Assembly (NCBI GenBank): GCA_001929475.1
Contig: LXFE01000152.1
Location: forward strand, 1 to 64,000
Direction of reading: 5' to 3'
Source: Neolecta irregularis DAH-3
Lineage: Eukaryota
Length of the DNA stretch: 64,000 nt
Part shown: positions 24,741-41,139 of the stretch, piece by piece
Numbering within the stretch: position 1 is the stretch's first letter
Layout: every line of letters begins with the position of its first letter
Made by a program: the position numbers and the translations under genes
The notes under the pieces: generated by a model
The model's input: only the letters and a program-made list of their open reading frames with translations
Database searches by the model: none
Told to the model about the DNA's origin: nothing

Positions 24741-26229
24741 CTATGCTAGCATGCGCCCTTGTTTATAATTCCTATCCTCTCCATTCTCCGAAGGTTTTGA
24801 ATATCCGTGCTTGATGAGCCAGTCCCGAACAAAAATACTCGCTTTCATAAACTTCTTATTTGCATATTTCTTGAAGAATGCATCATGTCGGACAGGCTCA
24901 GAGCCCAAGTAATCCAACATTAAAGCTTCGACGGGTTTGATTTCAGACTCTTTATAACCAGAATAATGCACAAGATTGGCATCCTACAAACAATTAGATT
25001 GAATGCAACGAAAAGGTATACCCAATCTCCTCGATACAGTGTCCGTCGAGCGAGATACATGCCCGCAGCAGCAATCATGCTGGGGGGGTATTTCAAGAAT
25101 CGATGATCGAGACAACTGATTTCCATGAAATACTTAGCGACTGTCCGGGTTTGGATATCGTAGTTATCAGCCTTTGAATTCCGTCGCAAGAAATTCATTG
25201 GGTTGGGATATGATAGATTGAAGTCAAGTACACCTAAGACGTACCGTTCGGCCGTGAGGATCTCATCATCGGTGTAGCCATTATCCGCCATATAGACAAA
25301 CGACTGGATAGATGGAGCCAGGACCTCTTCGTACTTGGCAGCGATAAACATAGCAGTGATACCAACCAACTGGAGTTTTGCCAGGGAGACGACTCGAAGG
25401 GATAAAAAACGGTCAATGATGTTAATTGCGAGGAAAAGAGTTTCTGGCAATAACCGAAATTTGGCGTGGACTTCAATCAGCCAGTCGACCAGTATACCGC
25501 GCATAGACCATTGCAGGTCCTTCTGAGTAGCCATATAGTCAGGATTCGGTAGAGTCGAGATCTGAAGAAATTAACATACTTCTCAAAGGCTACAACCTCA
25601 AGTTCATTCATATAATCAAAAATCTCAACAACATACTCGCTGACCATCAGAGGGTCACTTGCATCCTCAGCATCGAGGTCATCCCAGTCCTTGGTATCCG
25701 AGACTTTGATTTTCTTTCGAGTGGGTTCATGTTTGCTACCAGGAGCCTCAACTTTGGTATTTGTCCGCTTCTTTTTTGCAGGCTCGGCGACGGATGCTTC
25801 CTCTTTCACTTTCGGAAGAGATGTACTGCTTGAGCGAGTGGTAATCCTTGGCTTGACAGCTGCTGCTGCTGCCTTGAGAACGGCCTTTGCGTTCTCCTTG
25901 TTGACATTGGATACATCTCCCAACGCCGCGCGTTTTCGCGTAATCCCTCCCGCAATTGTGCTTGACTGCTTTGATACGAGGCCGGAGCCACTCTTGGCCC
26001 TCGTGACTCGAGTAGTCATGTTTTCATCGTGATGGTTACTGGAGACAGTGGAACCTCGTGTTGCTCGACGCTAGGATGTGTTTTAGCGACGACACTCAAA
26101 AATAGGAGGAAAAAGGGGGCTACAGGAAACAGGAAATGGAGTGTATGCATCAATTCAGATAGCGAGAATCAGTGCCAAATAATCCATAAAGTTTTTTAGA
26201 ACAGAAAGTAAACATACCTGACCGTTCAT
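24741..26229 (-). CDS. cdc13: G2/M B-type cyclin (Cdc13/Clb2-like)
   Basis: Destruction box RAALGDVSN, DPLMVSEYV, cyclin box MRGILVDWLIEVHAKFRLLPETL, AKYEE and PNPMNFLRR. First exon MNGQ ends at a GTATGT donor. Confidence 0.95.
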
Positions 26230-26450
26230 TTTTGGGAAAAATTAGGAGTTGGGTATGGTTGGTGAGTGGACAAAACGGTCTCACGTCCAACGAAAGACAA
26301 GGGTGGGCAGACTGAGACGGGAGAAGGGAGAGAGACCCAAAGGGACAAATGGTCGGGCTCTAAAGGCGATAACAAGGAAGCAGAGTGGGAAAGACAGGCC
26401 GATGTCTAATGCGGAATGCGGGCACGGGAAATACGACCGCCCTGATGTGT

Positions 26451-26493
26451 GGATGGATGGATGGATGGATGGATGGATGTGTGGATGGATGGA
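26451..26493. repeat. (GGAT)n microsatellite
   Basis: (GGAT)7 at 26451-26478, a GTGT interruption, then about 2.75 more units. Confidence 0.95.
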
Positions 26494-26595
26494 ATAGCGG
26501 TGTGTGTGAAGCGGTTGGTATGTGAGATGCTTCGCGTGTTGGTGGTGACTGCGGGACACGGGTTGGAGGCCCAGTCTCGCCCAAGAGGGTAACTT

Positions 26596-26604
26596 GTAAA
26601 CAAA
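26596..26604 (+). promoter_or_regulatory. Forkhead-binding consensus GTAAACAAA upstream of the B-type cyclin
   Basis: Exact match to the Fkh2/Sep1-type site, about 370 bp upstream of the cyclin ATG. Mitotic cyclin promoters are known forkhead targets in yeasts. Confidence 0.45.
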
Positions 26605-26824
26605 CCCTCGCTCTTCCGCCATCCCGAACGTGCCTCGAAACACTTTTATAAAATACATTATTCGCGAGATCCATCTAGTCTTCTGTAACGACCAGTTTTA
26701 GCGCAAATGTGACAGTAAATGTAGATCGTGTGATTTACGTAAAGGCTGTGAAAAGCTTGGTCTCAAAAACAGTCTCGAAACTTGCCACCACGCTTTCGCT
26801 GCGGCCTGCGATATTGATCTTACG

Positions 26825-29197
26825 ATGCGTGAGAGACGTTACGAGTATGTGCTCGATACTGTTAAGTAGATTTGAATGTTTCCAGCTACTTTGACCCTAT
26901 CTTTGCAAACCCCTCTCGTCTTAGCGACATTGAAGTCGAAGGTGTCCAGCTCCCACAACTTAGGACCAGTACAAACTGGAGGAACATCGTCAAGGTTATT
27001 ATTTCCATAGTCCTGAATACGGTGATCGTTGTTCTGCCAAGCTCACGATTTCTCGGAGCCACCTTGTTTCTTCCATCCCTTTTCACAATCTTCAATCATC
27101 CCGCCAGACCTTTTGGCAACCTTATCAACAATACTGCCTCAATCTTATTTGGCATTGCTCTTGGTTCTGCATGGAGCTCGATTTCTATCGCTATCGGTCC
27201 GAAATCACGTTTGCCTTTTTGCATCGTCGGAATATGGGTTTTCACCTTTTTAAGGCTCAAATTTGTGCGGTTGTATCAGGGAATGATCATAAGCGGTATC
27301 TATGAGGTGTATATCTGCTTATTTGCGCATTCTTGGACGGGTATGAGAGATTTCACAATCTGTAGTGCGATTGGATTAGGCATCTCTGCGTTTGTTGGTC
27401 TCTCATTATGGCCAGAATATGGAGATGAGAGCGTTCGGTACACTTCCTTTGACAAATAAAACTCAACTCTCATAGAAAAACGCTCGAATCACTTCTCTGC
27501 ACCCTTCGAGAAACGATCAAGAACGATAAGGGGGTTTTCCTACTCCACCACACCTACAAAGAATTTGAAGATGCTATTACCTGCATGCGACAGGAAGTTG
27601 TCTTTACTGGATATTCCGTTGAGAAACTCGAAAACATATCCTCAATTTTCGCAAACATCATCCAGGAACTCATCACAACACCAATTCTGGATGATCAGAG
27701 AATAACATTAGATAAGAATATTGAGTCCATCCTTTTAACACACGTTCAATCGAGGTCTGAAATGCAATTACTACCACATCAACATCCAGAGTCAGCCATT
27801 GAGCGTAATCTTCAGAATTTAGCCGGCTGTGTGATTCAACGACCTCGTTGGTTTCGGCTGCCGCATACGACTCTCCATCAATACTTTCACACAATATCGC
27901 CAGTTGCAATCTTGTCACGAGGAATTCACCTAGCAGGCCATTTTATACAATTGTCCAAGACCATTCTGCCACTTGATCCCGAAGTCATCATCCATGTTGG
28001 TCCACTTACCTCCGACGATTACACGACTTCTACAACTTATTCCAGCAAGCTTCGCTATCGCGTCTGGAAAGTTCTCCAATGGATGGAGGGTTACGAAAGC
28101 CGATTCGCCTTCAAAATGAGCATTATTGCAGTTTTCCTCCTGCTGCCTTGGTATCTGGGCAGCTCCGACTATTTAAATTGGCTTGGCGGTGTTATGTGTA
28201 TTCTATGTGTTACAAGTAGGGTTGGCGGAAGTGTAAGCGACTTGTGTTTGCAGATTACTGGTGTTTTTCTTGGTTGCGTTTTTGGATTTTTGGCTGCCTG
28301 GACAGGGAAGGTGTACGCTTTTCTCTTGGTCGAGTTTTGTTTCCTCGCTCCATCAGGTGTGGCTCCCTCTTCGTCTGACGCTGATCATTATTCTTCGTGT
28401 TTCAGGGTACAAAGTATACTAGACCAGCGTTTCTGGCAATGTTTTCTCTTTTGGTTGTGTCTACCTCGATATATCATTCGGATCAAAGGCGGCACATTGC
28501 ATTATCGATCACTAGTACATTACTTCTTTCACTAGTCTGCAGCACACTTCTCAATTGGATCATATTTCCCTTCGTCCCTCGTGCTCTTCTTCGTAAATCA
28601 TTGTCTACTATGACTCTCAACCTCGGTATAGTGTATCGAACAGTCTTAACGAAGTATCATACATATTGTTGGACTACGCTAATAGACAAAGATATCTTTA
28701 CGCAACAACACTTCCAAGTCCTGAAGAACTTCTTATCGCTTCCAGTCATGATCGTCAACTTCGAACTTCCTTTGAAAGTATTCGAGAACTAATCGAAATG
28801 ACATCTCACGAACCTCTTCGTCCATTCGAGCAGGACAAGTATCTCAAATACATAGGTCTTCTTGAAACTCTCTTTGAAGAACTGGTCCACGTCCGCACGA
28901 ACACCAGTGGTTGGAAGGAAGAGAAATGGCAGGAAGAAGTTTTCCTTCTTCGACGAGATGAAATGGTACTCATTTTACTCCACTCTGCTTACGATATAGG
29001 CAAGCACTTTACTTATCTTGTATATCCTTGCGGGGGCCGTTCGCAAAGATTCCGGGAAGCTGCCTAGGTATTTCCCTTCTGCTCAGGCGGCAAGAGAAAA
29101 ATTGGTCAAAGTAACAGGGGAAGAAAATGAGAATTTAATGCATATTGTTGGCGTTTTAGACAAATTAACGGCGTTGGTTTCAGTTTTTGAATACTGA
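26825..29197 (+). CDS. BRE4-like / FUSC / aromatic acid exporter family membrane protein
   Basis: Two blocks of TM helices separated by a soluble region. Motifs IFNHPARPFG, LRYRVWKVLQWMEGYESRFAFKM, LLNWIIFPFVPRALLRKSLS, EMTSHEP and KLPRYFPSAQAAREKL. Confidence 0.8.
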
Positions 29198-29697
29198 TTT
29201 GTGTTGGGTTTTGGAAGTCTGCAAAAGTAATGTTACGTTGCTATACACTTGAGAGTTTCCACTTCTCTGAGTCTTAGGCTCAAGTCGTGCCTTGTAGATA
29301 TCTCAATTTCATTTTGAGCTTTGCTTTCATCCAAGCGGGCTCCACTGGGAAGCCGATTCGATCATCTGGCCCGTCATTCCATTCGAGATACATTTTCTTA
29401 TCATTCCTCAATTTATTAAATATTTATGTTAGTGTAAGTGGCAGAGAATTCCTTGACATCAATCCTTAACCTGGCGTGTTCATTGTTGCATGCAAGATCC
29501 ATCCATCTGCAGTTGTTACAAAGATAACTAGGTGCTATTTGGAAGAAATTTAGAAGAGTTCTACATCTAAAATTTTGGGGAAGGGGGGATCTCTTCAAGC
29601 TGCCATTCAAGATCGTGCCCAAAATTTAGCATCAGATCTTTCATTGAGTCTTATCTTGGGTTTACTGTAAGACATAACCCTTTTCCTCAATTTAACT

Positions 29698-31155
29698 ATG
29701 ACAGACGAAATTTTGCTCACATTGGTGGAGATGTCAAAAGATACTCTCAACTATTTTTGCGACAAAGGTCATAAAGATTCCAAACGCCCTGTTGGTTACC
29801 ACAACACAGTGAAGAAAGTTGAGCGTGACCGTAGGATTTGGTCTAGAAAGTCCCAAGATGATGTTCTCATGGACGGTGATGATGTCCTTTATGAGTGAAG
29901 TCACTAGCTACAGATGAAATTAATGAGCCCTAGAGAACTTGCTTCGAAACGCCCCGAGTTTCGATATCAGCCAAACTTTGATGAAGTTCCCTTCCTGCAA
30001 ACCCTTCCATTTCTGGAAGGTCGTCACGTCTTTGGCGCTGAAACCACATTCTGCTCATCGACATTCAAACTGCCTACATGTTCTCGAGTTGCGGAATCAT
30101 CGTGCAAGTTACCAGATCAAACCAGTTCCTTACGAGAAATCCGTGAGCCTACAGGTTCAAAATTTCGAAATACAACAATAAAATGTATCCCGGTCACAGA
30201 AAAGCCTGAAAGCTGTCATGTTCGCTCAAGAGTGTCTCGTTCACTTCCAAAAGAGATAGTCACTTGTATAAAACAAGAAGATTCTTTATCCTGTACCAAG
30301 GAAACAACGCATTCGAAGGTATCAACTAGGTCGATTTTGAGACCAATCCGATCCCCTCTGTCAGCTCGCCGCAAACCGCCCAAGGATATTAATGTTTCTC
30401 GTACCCACGAAGAAACCATCGATTCCACTGGGCTCAGAAAGAAATACCGCGCCTCGCTGCCTGCTCAAATTTTACCAGGTGGTTTCGAAAGTCCCTCAAT
30501 CATGTCTGATAAATCTGTGCCAGAGACACCTAAAAATCTACACAAGGAGGAACGGGATTCAGGTGGTTTACCTTTAGGATGTCCAACGAGAGTCTGCGCA
30601 CTTCGACGTTCTGCTTCATCGGCCACTAACATCAAAACTTCAACATCAACAACAAGGCTCAGAAATTCCATTCCGCTGACAATCCAATCCTTGCTCGATT
30701 GCGACAGTACCTCGTCTAAAAAGCCATTAATCCCAGGATACGATAGAGCCGTAGAGATCAACATGTTCGAGTTGTTCAATGCTGGTTATATCAGGCGAGG
30801 GGATTATTGGACTTTTCGGCGTGCAATACAAGATCATCTTGTGGAATTGAATATTCGACTCCTTTCAGTTAACCAGGACAAAAGTCTGAAAGTAGAATAT
30901 CTCGCTGAGACAGGCGAAACCATTCCTATAGATGTTCCCTCGCTCTCTCAGCTTCAAAGACGGCTTTTAGAATTTGACGGATCTATTCCTCGCGAAAAAT
31001 GGAAGAACGGAGCTACATTGAACTACTTCTTAGTTAAAAGAGGCGGTAATCCAGTCGGCTCATTACATCAACTCCGAGAGCTAGCATGGCGTGAGAACTG
31101 CGTTGTCAAAGAGGCAGGACGTGAATCGCCCAGCGATTTGCCTTTGCAGCATTAG
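29698..31155 (+). CDS. Hypothetical nuclear protein with disordered middle and RAMA-like C-terminal domain
   Basis: A 413-aa ORF plus an upstream exon. The C-terminal GYIRRGDYWTF...SLSQLQRRLLEFDG...NGATLNYFLVKRGGNPVGSLHQLRE resembles the domain at the end of fungal Asx-homology proteins (from recall). Confidence 0.65.
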
Positions 31156-31888
31156 CTTGCTTTCATTTACATCATTGTTGATTTGGAAGTTTCATACTAT
31201 CGCATTGCTATGAATTATTTTTAGCTACTTTAGGCGTTAACGGCAGTCTTAGTATATAGTCATCGCTGTCATAGTTTTAGATTTAGTATGGACAATCTTT
31301 CATTGTACTCCGGATACTCTGAAGAAGTCTGGCTCTTGAGCTTCTCGGAGCGCCAAATTGAACAGAGGTCTCTGACATTTCTATCCACATATGTTTGAAG
31401 AAAAACTGAAGAAAAACTCCTGAGCAAATCTTCGGGCAGGAGCTCGCTGCCGGCTTCTATGATTTTGTCGTAGGCGAATCATCCAATAGCTGAAGGTGTG
31501 TTTTCCATGAAGTAAAGAACGGTGCGAATATTTTATAAGATAGAAAGAACTGTTCCCCGAGCGCTAAGCAGGCCAACCGAGAACATCTTTCATTTGCCGA
31601 AGGTTATGTAGATTGCCTCAATAGCAAACAGTCCCCACCTTGAAAGATTTACTGCGTTGGAGAATTGTTGCACAAAATGACTGTAGCTCAAAACAGCTGC
31701 AGGATAATATTTAAATTACTCTTGCTCCTACATCTTGCGAGGTAAAGCATAATACATAAATATGTATTAGTACAAATGAGAGAGGTGGCTCTGAAATAGG
31801 ATGTATGTCGAGTCCGTGTAGCTGACTCCGCTCCTTTCGTCTGAATCAGTCTGCATCAGAGCAGCCTTTTTCACCAAACAGCGCTGAC

Positions 31889-32826
31889 ATGCAAAATCAG
31901 CATGATCCATTGGCTGAAGAAGATATAGAAGATATTGAAGAGGAAGATGATGGAGAAGGTGTTGAGCACCATGAATTATCGACTCTGTCCTACGAATCGC
32001 AACAATCTTCGTCACAGTCTGAAGCCCTGAGTTGGATAGCATATTATTGCAGCTGTGTGGGGCATGAATATTTTGCAGAAGTTCAAGAGGATTTCATTGA
32101 AGATGATTTTAATTTGACCGGTTTAAGTGCGCTTGTACCGTATTATAAAGAAGCACTGGAGATGATCCTCGATATCGAACCTGGTATTTTGACCATAGCA
32201 AAAGTTTTCCTCATGATATAGAGGATTGGCACGCTGTACCAGATACTGCCCTTGTAGAGAATAGCGCAGAGCTGTTGTACGGGTTAATACATCAACGATA
32301 CGTTGTTTCAAGACAGGGGATTCAACAAATGGTATGCTGTTTTATATAGATGGACCCTAAACATAATCTAGTATGATAAATACGAAGCAGGCCATTTTGG
32401 TTACTGTCCCCGTGTGTTCTGCAATCAAACTCAAGTCGTGCCTTGTGGAAGATCAGATCTTCCTCGACTCGACACTGTTAAGCTTTATTGTCCAAACTGT
32501 TTTGACATTTATATCCCCCCAAATTCTCGGTTTCAAAGAATTGATGGTTGGTGTTCCCTTCAAAATCTTAAAATTAACATGTAGGTGCGTTTTTCGGTAC
32601 CACGTTTCCCCATCTTTTCTTCAAAACATACCCCGAGTTAGTTCCCATCCCATCTACAAAAGTTTATGAACCAAAAATATTTGGCTTCAGGGTCTCTGGC
32701 CGGGCGAAGAGCGGTCCCCGGATGTCGTGGCTCCGCATGAGACCACCCATCGACAGTGGTAATAATGATGATGAAGAGAAGGAAGAAGAGGAGATTGAGT
32801 CTGAAGAAATGATTGATGGACTGTGA
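31889..32826 (+). CDS. CKB1: Casein kinase II regulatory beta subunit
   Basis: SWIAYYC, GHEYFAEVQEDFIEDDFNLTGL, AELLYGLIHQRY, zinc ribbon CPRVFC...CPNC, DGAFFGTTFPHLF and YEPKIFGFRV. Confidence 0.95.
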
Positions 32827-33242
32827 GATGTTAGCGTACGTCTATAACGTAGATATGTATGATTGGAGTCTGGGCAATGTAAATGGCATTCGAAGTAATA
32901 TTTCATTTTAAGCACAAGGCTTTTTGTTCTTAAAATATATCCTACGATGGGATAAGGATCCATTTCCCTGTAATTGCGTATACTATTGGAGATTTCCTTA
33001 TAGATCGGGTATTTTATGTGTATATGGCTTGACCCAGAAATGTCCTGTTTAAGGGATTTCATTGATTCTGAACCTCATAATCAACAAACCTATTCAGAAA
33101 TCTTTCACTATATAGAACATCATGATTATTTTTGGCCCATGGTTACTTAACCGGGTGGAGGAGGCATTTCATTCGACGGCGACGCTGGAAGTTCACCGCC
33201 AAAAAATTGTCGCTTTTCCAAACTATTAGTTTCCAATCATAG

Positions 33243-34440
33243 ATGGCCACAGCCTGTAGACTGACCAACCCATGCCACTCGATGTTATCACGGCTTGATT
33301 GGACCTCTTTTCCCCGATTTTCAAACTCAGCACGTCCTTTGATTGCCGTCAGATATGCTTCAGTTCTTTCGAAAACCCCATTAGAAACACCAGTCTCGGA
33401 GCCAGACCCCTTATTCACTCTCGACATAAACTTTGGAGAGGCATCTCGCTCCAAAAGAACATTCGAGATGAAAACGTACAAGCCTGTAACTCCCGGAATC
33501 AGACACCTTCGTCGACCTATTAACCCGCATCTATACCAAGGTCGTCCTATTAGAGCTCTTACTGTCGCAAAACGAAAAAAAGGTGGACGGAATCGTACAG
33601 GACAAATCTGTGTTAGGCACCATGGGGGAGGTCATCGTCAGCGAATTCGTATGGTGGACTATTTTAGAAACGAACCTGGTCCCCAGGTCGTACTACGAAT
33701 TGAGTACGACCCAGGAAGAAGTGGCCACATTGCGCTTATCGAACATACTCAAACAAAGGTGTTAAGCTACATACTTGCAGCAGATGATCTGAGGGCTGGA
33801 GATATTGTACAAAGTTATCGAGCAGGTATTCCTGACGAGTTATTGAAGGAGATGGGCGGGTTTATCGATCCTGGTATTCTTGCTGCAAGAACTGTCATTA
33901 GAGGGAATTGTCTGCCTATTAAAATGATTCCGATTGGTACCTATATCCACAATATTGGATTGAAAGGACGTGGACCAGGGAAGTTATGTCGGTCTGCGGG
34001 GGCATCAGCTCAAATTCTTGCCAATGCGGAAAATGTATTTGCCACTATTCGTCTGCAAAGCCATGAAGTTCGGAAAATCCCTGTGGAAGCATGTGCAACA
34101 ATAGGGATTGTCAGCAATATTGATCACCAACATACAAAACTTGGAAAGGCAGGGCGAAGTCGTTGGATGGGTATTCGACCTACGGTTCGTGGTGTTGCAA
34201 TGAATGCATGCGACCATCCTCACGGTGGTGGACGTATTGTTCTTTGAAATGGGATTTTGAATCTGAGGCTTCTAGGTGGTAAATCCAAGGGTAACAAACA
34301 CCCCCGAAGCATCTGGGGTTGGAAGACAAAGGTTCGACATTCCTTGTTAAACCTTTGGCTAATGTTGTTAGGGTATGAAGACGAGAACGAAACCAAACAA
34401 ACTTGTGATCAGAAACAAACGAATGGCATTGAAGAATTAA
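33243..34440 (+). CDS. RML2: Mitochondrial large ribosomal subunit protein uL2m
   Basis: [43 protein letters not shown] and [20 protein letters not shown], with a mitochondrial-type N-terminal extension. Confidence 0.96.
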
Positions 34441-34532
34441 TCTACGTTTAGACATAGTCTTCCATCAATCTTTACAAGCATCGTTCCTGAACACCATATA
34501 AATTAATTTCAAAGCTTCTCTATCAATTACAG

Positions 34533-36738
34533 TCATTTAAACGGCCCATTATTTCGAATAGTAGTATCGTCTTGATGAGTAGCATTACTGCTCCTAGGTT
34601 CAGGGCTATAAATTATCTTATCTACTGTCTGCTTTACAGCATCAAGGGCTCTCTTAAGCTGTGTTAGATCAACAAAAGAATGAAACTTGAGTTTACTTGA
34701 GCAAGAAAAACCCCAGCGCATGGACGATATTCTGATATCCTTTCCAAGACTGTCATGAGAAATTCTAAATCGTCATATAGAGGATCTGTGTTAGTTTTGA
34801 CAAATCTAGCCAAAATTCTGCACGCGCTGAATACGGCGAATATCGTTGCTAATGGAAGTTTCGATGTCTCAACATTTGTAAGAATACGCAGAGTTGCCAC
34901 AACCTCGAGAACCGCGACCTTTAGCTTCGATGTTGGTGTTATAGCATCTAATCCATTTTCCTCAGCATGCGTGACTGCGCCTTCGTACAAATTAATTCGA
35001 CATCTGTACCATTGAGTTTGACGTCGCATCAAGAACGTACAAATAGCTCGTGAGGTTGACCATTATCACCAAAGACTCTGTGGAATTTTGGACTTTGAGG
35101 AAATCCGGCAAAGAAAGTTCAAACTTGATCAGCATGTTTTCAAGATACCTATGACGTTCTAAGAATGGGACGTCATGACGTGATCGATTGCGATGTTCTG
35201 ATAATCTCCTCACTAGAGCAGAAAGATATATGTCCGCAACGAAAGCCGATCTGAAAGATGGAAACTCGGAGGGTAATGGATACAGCGAATCGCCCGGGCT
35301 TCCAGCACATATATTATCAGTGAATCTTGAATCACTTGCAGGCATTAAAGTTTCAATATCATCTTCGTTTAGAGCCATGGACCAGCCTGTTCCCGATGCG
35401 GAGTGAGAATCGAGTCTATAAACCTCCCAGAATACACGCCGGCTAAGATAATGAACACATCTCAATGACGGATTACGATACCGCTCCTCTTTGATTATGG
35501 GATCAGATGCTGGCGGTAATACTAACCTTGAGGCGGGGCGATCAAGCTGATTTAGTTGGAGCTTTGTTGATAAGCGAACTGCTGAGCCAATAGTTAGCCA
35601 AGCTCTATCCATCTGCGCAGTGGCTACGAGATAAGCAAATAGCAACTGGCGATACCTTGCCAACTTCATAATATGAAAGTAAAACCATTGCCTGTAGCAA
35701 AGCATGTGTGCGCATTTGAACTGAATCATCTTGCCATTCTCGGATATAACGACTTGCTCGTTCATAGTAAGTGATACCCAGAGCCCGCATTGTAGGACTG
35801 TCTGAGACCGAAGCACCTGAAAGGAGAACAGCGTAAATTAAGCCTAGATGGGGACGAAAAGGCGGCGGAAGATGCATTGAATACCGAAAGCTCTCAGGCT
35901 CCGAAGTTAGTTGCCTATATTCGGAAGGCAATGGACATATACATTTGATATTGAGCCTACAGGCCAAATCTTTTGAAAGTAGATATCAAACCTTTGTGGG
36001 TTAGTTAGCATTAAAGCAATGGAATATTACAAGGAATCCATTAACTCCGTGCTTGGCAACGCCTCGTAATGCCCTTGAGATAATAGACTCCAACCCATTG
36101 GGTTAAAGTAAGTGTTTGACCCCAAATGGAAATTGGGATCAAGCGAGATTGTATGTTGAGTATGATCAGACAGAATATCAGGCACAAAACTCTGGTGAGC
36201 TCCGAATGACACATCTACTCCATTGCTGCAGCTGTACACCATATTGTTGCCAGGATGAAGATCTGATAGATTGGTTGACGAGGCGAGTTCGAAAACTGGA
36301 AGAGGTCTATTTTGTGCTCCTTCGGCTCCGATCCCAGTAGCAAAAGTAGACATGTTCTGCAGCTCCGGAATGCCGATTTGAAGGGCTTTTATCTTTTGTG
36401 GATGAGCCCTTGACTCTTCTAATAGCTTCTCGAGCTCCTGTAGACGGGTTTCGAACCGTTCTTGTACTTTGCGTGAGTGACCTTTCTTTGGACCTCGTTT
36501 GGCAGTATATTCCGGATACGAGCTTGTTGGGGATAAGTGGAAAGAAGAATGGCAAATCATACCATTCATGCCCGAGACGTGCACAAGAATGACATTTGGG
36601 TCGTGTTCCAGAACATTCTGCCGCATGTCAGACCGGTTTATGAACGGAAATATTACTCAATTTCCTCTTACGGCAGACCAAACACGCTTGGTGCAGTCTG
36701 GAAGGGGGAGAATTCCCGTGGGAGAAGGAATTTTGCAT
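34533..36738 (-). CDS. Zn(II)2Cys6 transcription factor with fungal-specific TF domain
   Basis: Spliced ACLVCRKRK..CSGTRPKCHSCARLGHEC binuclear cluster; middle homology region RAWLTIGSAVRL, KEER..RRVFWEVYRLD. Confidence 0.9.
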
Positions 36739-37348
36739 AAGGACTGGGATATATTTAGAGACAAAGACTGAGGTTTTGGCGGAAAGCTTGCCATTGAGGT
36801 AGGTGTATGTGGTATCAAGATGGAGATCCACGTGGGAGGCCAGGGCCGTTTATTCCAAACTAGCAAGATAGAACTGCGCTAGAGCAATGACACTGCATAT
36901 ATCATCATCGCATCGGCCATGCCAAGCACATAGAACATGTACAGTATAATAAGAAAGGAGCGTGCATTTATGCGCATGATGTTTCTGTGGTGTATTTGAC
37001 TGTTGGAGGTCAGTCGTGCTAGTCACTCCACCATCCCCTGGCATATATCTTTTCCTCAATTCCGGTTCGCGTTCCACACCATCCTGTCTAATTCTGTGCA
37101 TCGCAGAGCTTGCAGAAAGGTGAAACAGGGACAATTCAGGTGGGGCAGCACTATCCGAGCGGCTGGAGTCGTAACAGGTCGATATTCCAGCATACGTATC
37201 ACCAGCTGCAGTAATAACAGGACCATACTCTAATATGTGCAACACCAGTTGCAGTAATGACAGTTCGATACTCCAGTATGAAATCACCAGCTGGAAACAA
37301 TAAGGTCAATTAAGCCACTTACCCCAGTAAATACGCATATACCCCATT

Positions 37349-38346
37349 TCATGCAAATAGTTTCCCCCAGACGCGCTGCAAATAACCGTCTCCAGTATCC
37401 TTTGGCTCTGCACCTTGGGCCACTTTTCTTTGTCTAAACTGCCGCCGCACATCCACCGGCTCAGCGATAGCACTGCTCCCAGCCCTCTCCTGTTTCTGTG
37501 CCTTCATGTTTGCAATCATCTTGCTTCTCTCAACATTCTTGACAAAGGCCTTGTTTTCTTGTGCGGCTTGCGATAGCTCTGTCCGCATCCGCGCCTGCCG
37601 TGAGGCATTCTCGTAAGCTATATTATCAGTAAACCCTGTATGCATAGCCCTAGACCAATCTGCTCGGTCAGATGATGCCATTTGAATTTAGGCAAGTATT
37701 TCATGTTCCATAAATCATCATGATAAAAATTACCCTTCTTTCCCCCTGTCTGGTCAAATGACCATTTCAGCAAACCCATACCTATTATTGTCCCATTCAG
37801 ACTGCCAGCAACCATTTTTGACTTCCTTTTATCCTTGAACTCGACCCATCCTTCTGTGTAGTTTTTCTTTTTGTTACCACCAAAATGGACTCTTTTTGCA
37901 TAGCTCTTAGGATCTTCGGGTGCCAAGAAAACTCGGCCAATCTCTCCATATTGTGAAAGTAAATGCTTAAGCTTCTGAGGCTTCATAAATGGGGGTATCC
38001 TCGAAAGGTAAATAACTCCAGCTTTGTCAACAGCAGCGTTTGCGGCGGCGAGTGCAGCATGCGAAAGACCGTTTAGCTTATGCGTTCTAGTCATTTTTCT
38101 GCTACCTCTTTCACCTGATTCATTTCCCTCTAATTTCTCATTCATTTCAGTATCACTGTCATCACTTTTAGCCTCGTCTTTATCCGACTCCACAGCATCA
38201 TTATTACTTTCGAGCGCAAGACCACTGTCGCTTTGGACACTTTGCTCCTTGCACATATCGTTACGTTCCTTCTCATCAAGAACTATCGTGGGAGTTTCTT
38301 CTTCCTTCTTGCTAGGGAGGAAGGAGTCCCTTTTAGCAGGCGGCAT
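37349..38346 (-). CDS. ESF2: Pre-rRNA processing protein Esf2/ABT1 (RRM)
   Basis: GVIYLSRIPPFMKPQKL, YTEGWVEF, GGKKGNFYHDDLWNMKYLPKFKWHHLTEQI and ENASRQARMRTE. Confidence 0.95.
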
Positions 38347-38562
38347 TTGTAAGTGCAAGTACTGACTAGAACGTTCAGTTATGACAGAACCACGTGCCTG
38401 ATAAAATTGATCTCAGTCAGGCCTATAGCACATTCCACGACGAAAAAGATTGGAGTCAATAACTTGTAATCTTTTTTCCTTGTAGAGTTTCTTCCTTTCG
38501 TTCGCTTTCAAGAATCCTCGCATATATTTCGCTTTTCTTTCCTATTATTTATGTCTTGTAGT

Positions 38563-38570
38563 TCACGTGA
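38563..38570. promoter_or_regulatory. Palindromic E-box TCACGTGA in the ESF2/CEF1 divergent promoter
   Basis: Exact bHLH (Cbf1-type) consensus, recurring in other promoters of this window. Confidence 0.45.
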
Positions 38571-38641
38571 TCACAGACATTCAGAACGTCGTTTGTCAGG
38601 CCAACCGCTCCGCGTCCTCGATACTTATTCCTTACTACACT

Positions 38642-41139
<2,498 letters not shown>

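Noticed and set aside
26249-26674. ORFs containing WMDG/HPSI repeats
   Set aside because: These are translations of the (GGAT)n microsatellite in the cyclin promoter.
31270-31480. About 70-codon open frame on the minus strand between the RAMA-like gene and CKB1
   Set aside because: No start codon or convincing splice path was found, so it cannot be supported as a gene.
36850-37287. 145-aa ORF upstream of the Zn2Cys6 gene
   Set aside because: It has a non-ATG start and no recognisable domain, so it is more likely leader or promoter sequence.
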